Part shown: piece after piece, positions 26,401-38,400 of the stretch
Numbering within the stretch: position 1 is the stretch's first letter
Layout of the letters: every line of letters starts with the position of its first letter
From: Isurus oxyrinchus
Lineage: Eukaryota
Length of the DNA stretch: 64,000 bases
Direction: 5' to 3'
Assembly: GCA_026770705.1 (NCBI GenBank)
Contig: JANJGN010000034.1
Coordinates: 5,952,001-6,016,000, forward strand
The notes under the pieces: model-generated
The model's database searches: none
What the model was told of the DNA's origin: nothing
The model's input: the letters and a program-made list of their open reading frames with translations, nothing else
Translations under genes and position numbers: made by a program

Positions 26401-29400
26401 CTCAAGGAGTAAATGTCGTGTTATCCCCACGAAAATTTTAGTTCAGCATTGTCACCTCCAGATTAATGGCTCCTAAGCATTTTAAAGCAAGTTTAACGCG
26501 TGCTTGCAGTTTGGCTTAAAGGCAATTATATCCAAAATGTGGCGATGGCTTCCCTTGAATTCATGTTCAGACTTTGGGTCTTGACTTCAGAAGGAAACAT
26601 TTTGATCTCCAAATATCGAAACTGTGTTCCTTCTGGTGGTTTGCAGTCATTTCAAGGGGCCTTTTGTAATAGACATTTCTCGGCACATTCTCTGTCAGCC
26701 AACGAGCTGAATGGCGTGCGAGCTTAAAGAAATGCTGTGTAGCAAATGCTGTGCAGTTCATGCACTAAATAGCAACTCAAACTGATCATTCTTAGCAGAA
26801 AATTAAAGAGGAGTCTCTCAAATCTGCATATAGAGGCTATGTAAACAACAACTACACACACACAACATTTTGCCTAATTAAACAAAGGCACTACGAATTA
26901 CACAAAACATTTCTAGCTTAACATGAATTTAAAATTCTCCAACAAAGAAAATTCACGAATGAAACCATGCCAATGTCTCTTGTAAAACGCAAAAGTTCAT
27001 CACCAATTAAATGCAGTTAGTGGAGGAGAGTCAAATAATTCCACCTGCATTCGCCTATTCAAAATCAGTCTCTAACAGCAGTGTAGGTTACAGACACGAT
27101 TGTTAAGATGATTACCGGGCAAGTTTGATTGCTGTCGGGGAATTCCGGGATACAAAATGCAGCTCTTCTGTTATCTGGACGAGTAAATTTAACTGATAAC
27201 CTTGACAATGCCATGATCCTTGTAAACCAGTTGCTTTATTTCTGTCTTAGAATTGAATGACATTGCGCTGAAGTGCAGTGAGTATTCCACGAGTCAGCAG
27301 CCACCAAGGTGTAGATTTCCCGATTGATTACGAAGCCTGTACTGCAGAAAAAATATATCCGTGTACAAAACGTGTGCCTTGTGGGACAAAATGTTTTCGA
27401 CTGATTGCATTAAAGCACATCCCCAACGTATGCAGAGAAAATGTCTGAAAGGAAATTGCTTTGTAATCTTCTTCCCTCAATCTGCGCTGAATGTTTTGTC
27501 CTCGCAGCTTCCCGCATTTTAGCTGTGACTCAGTAGACAAAACTTCTGACTTGTGGTCAGAAGGTTGCGAATTCAAGTCTAGAGTTAGAAGTTGAGCACA
27601 GGCGCAGATGCTGACACACCACAAGCAATGTATTGCAGGAAGTTTGGCCGTTTAGTCCAAAAAAACAGCAGATGTCTGCCCTCGAACTTGGACGTAAATG
27701 ACCCAATGTCACATTTGAAAGAAACAAAAGAAGTTTTCAACCACTATCCTGGTGAATAGTTACTGCTTAATTAAACCTCACATAAGAAGCGTGTTTCGGT
27801 GGTTTTGGGTTCCCTGGTGAGACAAGCGGAACAAGTATCTGTGCCAAAACAGTTCATTCAGAGTGTTCATTTTATCACCAGCTTTTTGTTGGCAGGTGGA
27901 TCGGATGGATAATTGACAGATGCGGTCTTGCCCAGAAAATTATGATCAAATTATTTTGGTAGGAAGGACGAGGCGAGGCAATGCAAGAGAAAGTTTGAAT
28001 ATATAAATGGGTTTTGGGGCATTAACTCCTGGATGTCAATGTGCACAAAATGCTCAGGGTGACAAGGCAGGTAGAATGGGCGGTTAAAAAAAAAACATAA
28101 ACGGTCCGTAAACTTAATAAAGAGGGTCATATAGCACAAAGACATGTAATTTATAATAAATGTATTACATACTGCGTGGGCCTCAACTAGAGAATTGTTT
28201 CCAATTCTGAACAACATTCTCCGGGATAATGTGTAGGCATTATCGAGCCTGCAAAAGTAATTTTGAAAATTAATTCAAGGGATGAAGTGCTGCACTGACG
28301 TGGGTAGTTTGGATCGTATTCTTCACCTTGGTGAACAGAATGTTAAGGAACTCATTAATAGAGGTGAACGTAATCATTAGGATCGAAGAGAGAAAAAAAC
28401 ACGGGGGAGTTTGTCCATTGGCTGGAACTGTTGAAATTGAGTGGAGACCGAGTTAAGGTAATTGGCATCATAAATAGTGGTGCCATGAGGGAGACGTTTT
28501 CTTTCCCAGTGAGTTTTTAGCACTTGGATTACACTGCTAACGGTGTCGAAGAAGTATGTGGTATGACTGTTTTCAACAGTGTATTAAATAATTATACCAT
28601 GAAGAGAGTTACTTCAGAGGATTGTTACTCGGAAAAGCGGGACAGAGGCATGAAAGTAAATTAAGAGAGAGATCCGGCCTGCTGCTGGGGCGTGTGTTCA
28701 TGAAAGTATCGGTAGCAGTGACCAGCGCACAGTCTTTGTGGAGACATTGGGGATACCATCTAATGTGTGGTGCCACACCACCAAAGTGCCAAAGTGGATA
28801 AATTAGGAACAGATCAAGGATGTCAATCCCAGGGAGCCACGAGGTTATGTGGTCCATCCGCAGAAGCAGTACTGCACTCAATCAAATATTCAACCTCATG
28901 GACCAGCATATCCTCATGGACGAGCTTGGGTATCCAGACTGGGTCAATAAAGAGTGCAAGGGGGCATTCCAGGAGCCGTACCATGCATGCCTAAAATCGA
29001 AGTGGCAACTGGGTGAAGCGACATACCGGATCTACTTGGGTGCCAGACATCATAAGCAGCACGTGATAGACAGAGCTAAGCTATTGCAGATCCAACAGCG
29101 CAGATCTAAGCTGTGCAGCGCTGTGACAGCCAGTTTTTAATTGTGGTGTGCAATTAAATCATTTAGCTTAAATAGATCCACAAATAACTCCATGCTTCTT
29201 GATGATAGAGTGCCAAGCATCGTGGCAAAATATAAGGCTCAGACATTTGCATAAAGCGTCGAGTGGGTGACCCATGTCTGCCCCCTCCAGAGATACCTGA
29301 TATTGCAGGTGCCAGCCTTCCACAAATTCTATTTGCCCCACGTGATATCATGAAATGGTTGAATGAACTGGATTCAGCAAAGACAAAAACAGAATTACCT

Positions 29401-32400
29401 GTAAAAACTCAGCAGGTCTGGCAGCATCGGTGGAGAAGAAAAGAATTGATGTTTCGAGTCCTCATGACCTTTCGACAGAACTTTGACATGACCTGTTCTG
29501 TCGAAGGGTCATGAGGACTCAAAATGTGAACTTTTTTCTTCTCCGCCGATGCTGCCAGACCTGTTGAGTTTTTACAGGTAATTTTGTTTTTGTTTTAGAT
29601 TTCCAGCAGCCGCAGTTTTTTTGTTTTTATCCCTGGATTTACCAAATGTTAGGTGCACCGACAGTATACCAGCAATAGTTTTGAGGACGTGCTCAAGATT
29701 TTTTTTGTGCCTTTAGCCAGGCTGCTCCAGTATGGCGACAACACTGGCATCTACCTGGAAATTTAGTCACTCGGCCAGGTATGTCTTGCGCACACAAAGC
29801 AGGGCAAATCAAAGTCAGCCTATTATCATCCCAATAGTATACTACCGATCATCAGTGAAGTGAGGAAAGTCTCAGGATCTGCAAACACTCGGCACTTGCT
29901 CAGCAATTACCTGCTCATTGCTCAGTTTGGGTTCCGCCAGTATCCCTCAGTTCCTGACCTCATCACTGACCTGGTCTCAACATGCACAAAAGAGCTAAAC
30001 TCTAGTGGTGAGGTGAGAGTGTTGTCCTTGATATCAAGTTAGAATTTGGCCGATTCTTCCATCAAGGAACCGTAGCAAAATTGGAGTCAATGGGTATCAG
30101 GGGGAAAACTCTGCGTTGGTGGAAGTCATACCTAGCAGAAAGAAATATTCTTGTTGTTGTTGGCGGTCAATGACCAACAGTTAAAGGGCATCCTGGCAGC
30201 AGTTCCTCAGGGTGGTGTTCTAGGTCCAATCATTCTCAGCTGCTTTTTAAAGGAACCTCATCATAAGTTCAGAAGTGGGCTATTTGCACAAGACAGCACA
30301 AAGTACAGAACGGATCACGACACCTTTAATAATGAAGCAGTCAACTTCTAATTGCAGCAACGGCAATTGCCAAGCAATGATCAACTTTATCAAGACATTG
30401 AAAAACCATCACCTCATGACAATCGATGGCAATGGCTACAAGAGCAAATCAGGGGCTGGGAACTTGGCAAATTGTAACTCATCTCCTAAGGCACGAAAGC
30501 CTGCCAACAATCTACAGGGCACAATTCATCTTTGTGATTGAATACTCCTCATTTTCCTGGTGCCTGTAGATCCAACAACATTCAAGAAACTTGACAAAAC
30601 CCACGGCAAAAGAGCCCACTTGCTTGGAATCCGATCCACACACATTCACCCGATCCAACAGCAATGGACCGTGGCTTCAGTAAATAATATCTGCAATATG
30701 CTCTGCAGCCATTCAGCAAGACTCCTTTGGCATCAGCTTCCAAACAAGCATTCGCTGTCGTCCAGAAGCACAAGGGCAGCAGGTATCTGGGAACAACACC
30801 ACTTTAAAGTTTAAAGTTCCTCGACAAGCCACTCATCATCCTGACGTGAAATTCATTATGATTCCTTCACTGTCATAGGATCAAAAAGATGAATTCTCGC
30901 ACTAAGAGCACCGTGGAAGGACCTAACTCAGATGGACGACAGCACTTCAAGAAAGCAGTTCACCACAGCTGCTCAAGGTTCTCTAGAGATGGGCAGTAAA
31001 TGATGTTCTCACCAGCGATGCCCAGGCCACATGAATCAATTAATAAATGACAAAATACAGGCTATCCGGTCACTGTCAGGCGGATTTGCGAATGCTATAC
31101 AGAAATCAGACACTGTTCCTCATCCATATGAACAGTAACCACACTTCTAAGTTCTATATTGCCTGTCTCGTACTTTGGAAAAATAAATGTTTGCAAAATG
31201 AGCAATATATTTTCAGTTCCTTGTGCCCTTCGTAAGGGGACCTGGATAGCCCATTTAATACTGTCAAGCAAACCGTTCTCTGATTGACTTCTTTTAGAAT
31301 TTTTCTTTTGCCAGTTTGCGTTTAATTTTCAGGCCCAGTTATGAATTCCAAACAGAAAAGAAAAACTCAAACTGTGCAGTTAATTTTCGCTGTCCATACA
31401 TCTCTGATAGACTTTACATGCAGTGCGTGCAGAGTGCTACTATTTGGGTAATTTGCTTAAACTAAATATAAATTACGTAATTTGTTTCTCCCGTTGCTCA
31501 TTTTGGATCATACTTAGATATCGATGTTGTTTCCAATTGAAAGATTATGCACACACATAACAAAACAGGGATCCCAGAGAAAACATGGAAATACGATATT
31601 AGAACCGAGTGATATACATTTTCTGAAAGATTGCCTTGGCTATCTAGAAAAATGAAGTCTGAATGATGAACTGACAGCAGTCTTTACAATTATGCATGGT
31701 TTTCTGATGGAGTCCAGAGCTTGGGTCTCTAAAAGAAATGAAGTCACTAGGCACTATTGGGAAATTCAGAAAATATATCTGCTCACTGGATATTTATAAT
31801 GCAGAATTAGTACTTCAAGCGGCACTAAGGTAAAAGCCAAATTTGGATGTTAGGGCAGGTGTACGAGAGAGAAAGATGCTGAACGACATTCTGATTAGGT
31901 TTGTTGAAGCTGGAGGGGCTCGTGTGGAACATAGGAACAGCTGCAGTGACTAGAAGGGATGAAGACCTGATTCCATGCTATAAAATGGATTTAAATCTAA
32001 GAAGCAATAAAAAGGATAATTCAACAAAACAGGGCAACCATATAGCATGGGGTTTGAAGATCCCCTATCAGAAAGACATTTGTCAAAATCCACCTGAACA
32101 ATGATTTAACCAAGTGCGCTAAACGTCATAACTCTTAATTTGAATTTAATTGCTCAATTTTACTCTAACAGGTCGTCTAAAATGCGCATTGCAATAACGG
32201 CTTAAATTGACAACCTATCTAACATCGAACATTCCTCCTCCCTACAAACATGAGCAGAAGGATTTGGACTGAGACTGCAGTGCAGTGGCTTTAGAGGACT
32301 GCAGTTATGGAATTGAACCATTTTGGTGGACACCTTTAGCTGAGTCACTGTCTGGCCTGTGAATTGGTGGGTTGTTTCCCTTAATTCGATCCTATGGTTC

Positions 32401-35400
32401 TGCGGGGGGAGAAAGAGAAGCTATCGAAGGTGCCCTGTCCAAATTTTTATCTTCCATCAATGCCAAAAAATGGTGAATCGGCTATATCTTATTATTGCCT
32501 GTGGGCGCCCATGGTGTGCGAACTGAGTGTAATTTGTTCTGCATTGCAGCATTACTTCAGATGAAAGACATTGGCTGTAAAGCATTTTCGGAAGCCTTAA
32601 CGTCATGATAGGCGCTGTCGAAATGCAAATTTTGTTTTTCTCTCTTGCAGAAGGAGATCTTTGGGACAAAGATTCAGGTAAACAACATAATTTATTCTGC
32701 ACTGCCATTGTTGTACCAGTGCTGGCTCAGCCTGTAATACTTTCAATGTGAGCTTGGATTTCGTGGTTTCAAATGTAACTCGAAATTCTGATCACTAAGA
32801 CTTGGCTGACACTGTTGGCCGCCAATAGCATAAGAGTGCCAACCTGCCGGGCGTGTCATCTCTAAGGCGGGATGTTAAAGAAAGACACTATTTCCCGACA
32901 CACCAAGGCATTTTTCGATACACATTTAAGGTTTGCCTTCAATGTGTTGGTATGATTGACACTCAATCAGCACTGATTTATAGATAAATCATGATTACTT
33001 TTCAATTTATGTTCGTGGGAATTGCTTTTTCAATTCCTATATTAAAGTAACAAATACAATTCTCAAGAGTCCAATAGAGAGGAACATTTAATTGAGATTT
33101 TCTCAATTCATGGATGAAATGATAAAATCAAGGCCCTTCATTTTTCAGTTTCTGAATTTATGCTAATGTGTCTCTTTGATCTGGATCTGTTCTGGCAGCA
33201 TTGAATGTTGTAACGATGATTTTTTTGGAGAATACCTAATGAAAGGCATTGATAAAATGTTCCTATCTACATTGTCAGAAATAAATGATCTCCAGACTAA
33301 ACTTCAAAAATGCCGTGAGTACATATTTCAAATTCAGACAACCAGTGACCTAAGAGGAAAAAAATTGGATATTTTGTGGAAATTATAGAATTGAACTCGA
33401 AGCAATGTATTGCCTCCGACTCCCCGCGACCCTGAATTAGATGAAGTGGTTCTGGAAAAGTGAGTGTCTGAGTAAGCGCCGGTAGGATTTCAGCATGCAG
33501 ATCTTAAGCAGCTTCCTGCAATACTGGTCACATTTCAATGATGATCAATCGTAACATAAAAGCTCGATTGGTCAGATTAGGAATATCTGAATTTGGGTAC
33601 AGTTATTGCCGTGCATTGTTGCATTCGGCACAACAATGAAGCGGTTGTGGAGAGTTTGGCTAGAAATATGTTCAGATTTTTCTGCTCTTTGCACGTGTAT
33701 CTACAGGTAAGGTCCACTTTGGTGAGACCAGCTATGGATGGGGGCTGTTCTGAGTGCAGTGGGCCTGAGGAAGCTGACAATAGCTGTGTCGGTGGAGGTA
33801 CAAATCTACTCTTTTTCTGGCCGGCTCTGGCTGAACTGGGAACTGGGCGAGTTTGGCTATGTCTGAGCCTGCTTCTACGTGTGATCCGCGATAATTCACA
33901 TCCTGTATTGATTTTGTAAATTATAGGTGCTGGCCTGTATGCATAAAACCGTGTATCAACGAGTTCCAATGCAGTTGAGCTTGACAAGCAGAACATCGGT
34001 CTTACTCTGTGGAATCATCTTAGAGATACAGTATGATCAGTCTGCATAGGCTTGAGACAGCTATATGCGATTTCGTGTTTCTTTGAGGTGTAGTCATTAA
34101 GTGTGCAACATCTGTTGGTGCTGAAAAGCATAGGAAGCATAATTTCTGTCTGAGGCCTAATTTGATGAGGTCAAGGATATGCAATGTGGATAAGTATATG
34201 CTGATTTGAATGAGAACAGAACGTGTTGAGTTGGAGAAGTGGCAAGTTAAGCTATGGATAATGTAGGGTATGGAGGCAGTCGCACCAATGAGAATTACGG
34301 TCATAAGGAATCAACTTTTCCCAAGAGATGGTGTCAGTGAATTTTGTAATAGTCGAGGTTCGGAATGGGTACATTTGAGTACACAGGGCATCAAAACTGA
34401 TTCAGGATGGAGAAAAAATATTGGGCATTGGTAATTTATTGTATGTTTGAGGTCGGAGAAAGTCAGGTTTACAATGGTTACATCACTTACAGGATTGAGA
34501 TCAGGTAGGAGTTGTATCCTGTTTGTTAGGTGTTACGCAAGAGTGAGACACAGGTTTTCCGTGTATAATTGGACGTGGGTGGGATCAGGCCGGGCAGAGG
34601 TCGGAAATAAAAGTAGAATCTCCTGGAAATATACAACAGGTCAGGGAAATATTTCTAGAGAGAGGAACAAACATTGAACTTTCATGTCGATGAGCATTTC
34701 CAGCAGGCAGAAAGGGTCATATGGCACATTTTTCTTTAAAGCAAAGAATTTCGTGGCCATTATTATGGTTATCCAACAAAATAAAAGGTTATCTGGCCTT
34801 TGCAACATTGCGTCTTTGTGGATGGTGGTAGTGGACGGTGGGTGGATTGGCTGTTAGGGGGAGGTGGTTTCTAATTGGCTGCTGCATCTAATACATTATG
34901 ATTGTGGTTAGGATTAGAATGTTTCTCATTGCAAGACGCTATGGAATGACTGTGGTTGTGACGTCAATGAACAAGCACAATGCAGTACATAAATTAATAA
35001 TTGCAAACTGTGATAATGATAATGGCGACATGCTTGCAACATTGAAGTTAAGGAACAGTTTAGCTACATCCAATGTTCACCAAAAAAAGGATTTCCAACA
35101 TGCGAGAGGCTTCAATTATCTCAGAATCAGTGATTTTATCTTTCACCCTTCAACAGAAGAGAACCTAAAAGCGGTAGAAAAAGGTACTGAACTTAAGTAC
35201 TTCTTGCGGTAAAATGATGCCAATTAGTTTTGTTTTTGATAATTGATTCTTTCAGCCAATCTCCAAAGCAGCTTATTATAAATTATTGCAAAAGCTATAA
35301 ACACAGCAAACCCGCATCAAGGGTTTTGGCAGAACATATGTGCAGAAGATGATACGGGGGAGACACCAAACCGAGGGGAATCATAAAGAAAAACGTATAA

Positions 35401-38400
35401 CATAGTATGGTATATATCCAATCTGAAATTCGTGAACTTTATCTTTATACGGAAAATGTCCAACCTCTAGCTGAAAAGCACAATCTATGGAAGGGAAGCT
35501 AGATAAATGTACCTGAGAAAAAGGAAGAGTAGATGATCTTAATAGAGTGAAATGAAGTAGGGTAGATCGAGTACCATGTGATAAATAAATTCCAGTGGGT
35601 GGAATGTCTGCATAAAGGCAAATTTCTGCTCTGAAAATGTAATATAATGTTTCCATTTTCTGCGGTTTAAAATGGTTATTACCAAAATTAGCGCTGAATA
35701 GGCGCTCGGCAGATTTATGCTTCCCCTGATAGTAACAGCGTGTCACACAGAGTATTGAACAGGCAGAAGTTGCATATAACCCGTTTTTCGTTAGCTTCCA
35801 AAGTTAGACTTCCACCTGCTGTGAGCTTTTTAGGAAGTTTTTTTTTCGAAATTAAGGAAACAGCATATCAAGTATCCACAGAATATTGGATTACAATCTC
35901 TGAATCCAACCCTCTAACTAGCAAGAATGGCAAAAAGAAAACTTCCACATATAAAGCACGGTTAACATTACAGAACGTCGGGAAGTGCCTCAGACTGTTG
36001 TTGTAACGCAACAATTGATGCAGCTCCACATAAGGCTATATTTGAAATCTTGGCAAAAAGTTTGTTCAATGAGTTAGGCATTAAGAGGCATCTAAAAAGT
36101 GGAAAGACGTGTATAGAGTCATCGATTCTGGTAGGTTTACTAATTCCGTGATGCAGCAGAAGAATACAGAGTTGCAATATTGTTGCAATTAAAATTTGCA
36201 TGCATCGAATGGCCAGAATTACATTTCGGTGAGCTCAGGTGCAGAAAGAGATCAAAGAGCTTACGATGGCTGAGGCCATCGAGGTATTTGGAACAAAAAG
36301 AATCAATTTCTGTATGTATTCATTATATTGAATTGCTTGTGGTTTGCTGCACAGCAACAGGAAATTTGGCCCAGCAGGCCACACTTGACATGCATTGTCT
36401 TTTCGTGGAGCATCGTATCCGACGACATTGGACAGTAAATTGGTTAGAATTTAGAAATAGAGGGATATGCGTTTAATTGTGTGAAGTTACCTGGTGCAAA
36501 ACTGTACAGAGTTAACAATCCGATTCTGAGGAAGAATATATGCACTACAGAAGCTGGAAAAAAAATGCAATGATGAAATGGGAACTTTGAGTTGGTAACC
36601 AATGGCAACAAATGAGCAGACTCTGTTTCATTTGTGCACAAAGCAGACGATGATGTGCTTGTCCTAATAGCTCATCGGACCGATGAAGGAGTCTGGTAAT
36701 GTAAAAGTAAAGAAAATTATTTGACTTGCAAGGGAAGTGGGACATCGTAGTTCAAAGCAAAATAAACACTAATGCACCCTATCGTGATATTAGAGAACGT
36801 TTTTTTACACAGTGAAAAATGACACAATGGAATTCTTTACATCAAGGAGAGGCTAAAGCATTAGTACACGATCGTTTAAAATCACGCATGAGAATTAAAT
36901 CATTTTTGCAGAGAAAAGAAGGACATTCAGCCCGTTGTGTCAGCTGTCTACCAGCGCATCTCTTGCCAGACCCACTCTCCTTTTCTTGTTGCCCAGTACT
37001 TGCATCTCTTTGGATGTTTAGCTAATTCCTGTTTGAAAGCCATTATTGAATCTACCTCTACTAAATTCTCAGGCATTGCATTGCAGAACGTAACTATGAT
37101 ATTACTCCAAATAAATGAACTTCCTGTCACCTTTCTATGCATCCTAATTTTACGTTCGTTCGATCTTGACTTTTTCTAACAGCTGCAAAATAAACATACA
37201 AACACACTAACTAGGGGCACGGTTAATTCAGTCGCCCCTTCAAGCTTGCTCCATTATTCAGCAATGCTATGGGTGATCAGATTGTAACCTCCTGCCTGCC
37301 CACGATAACCATTCACCCCCTTGTTATTCATGAATCTACCTATTCGGACTTTACAATAACCAAAGACCATTTTCTACTGCCGTTTGAGGAAGACATTTCC
37401 AAACACTCTCGGCCTTCTGAGGGAAAAAAAATCCTCTCACCTCTGTTTATAATGAGCAAACACCTTTAAACGGTAACCCCTATTACTAGATTCTCCCACA
37501 AGATGAAACATCCTCTCCTCATCCATTCTGTCAATAGCCCTCGGGATCTTTAATATTTTGATAAACTCACCTCTTACCCTCCTAAAACCAAGTGAATACA
37601 AAACTAACCTGTCCAACCTTTCAACATAAGACAACACGACTATTCCTGGTAATGGCCTAGTACACCTTTTCTTAACTGCTTTTAACCCATTCACACATTT
37701 CCTGATTTAAGCATGCCAGTAATGTACATGGCACTGCAGATAGGGGCGCAGAGGTGCCCTATAGAAATGATGGATAACCTCCCTGCTTTTGAGTCAAATC
37801 CCGTTCCAGTGAACAATAAAATTCTACAGCTTCCTTAATTGATTGCTGCTCCTGAATTCTAGCCTTTTGTGGTTCATTAACTAGGACACCCAGTTCCTTC
37901 CAAATCTCAGAGTTCTGCAAACTCTCAGCATTTAGATAATGTGTTTTTTTTTCATTATCCCTGCCAAAAATGACACTTCTGCCTTTGCCTACTTTATGAA
38001 CTATTTGCCTGCAAATTGCACGGTCAATTACCTATTGATATTGTTTTATACCATTCTTACGTACTCCCCAAAATTTAGTATCCTAATATTTTTGTGTGGT
38101 CAGCAAATTTGGCAATCACAACCTCTCTATCTACGCTGCTTGGAATCCTCATAGTCGTATCCCTCTATGAAATCGCCTCTCAACCGTCGCTACTTAAAGT
38201 AAAATACACCAGATACTGAAATCTACCTATTAAGTCCCTCAACCCTCATTCTTGTAACCGTTTTCTAAAATCTCTGTGCAGACTTCGGAGCATTCCAAAT
38301 TATGGGTCATTGTTTTGACTGTGCAGTTGGTGCAGCTGAGTTATTGAAAAACCCGAGAGGAAATCTTATACCAACTGTTATATCTGTGAGTGATATGTTT

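Larger units (their letters stand above)
170..28677 (+). repeat. Tandem intragenic duplication, unit 1
   Basis: Colinear similarity to downstream units, e.g. ~4080 ccaatagtgctctgattgatttc corresponds to ~31270 and ~57110; exon A at 5464/32651/58511. Confidence 0.93.

Noticed and set aside
33577-33996. Overlapping 139-aa and 108-aa ORFs
   Set aside because: Not preserved at homologous positions in units 1 and 3; no recognisable domain; probably an old unclassified repeat.
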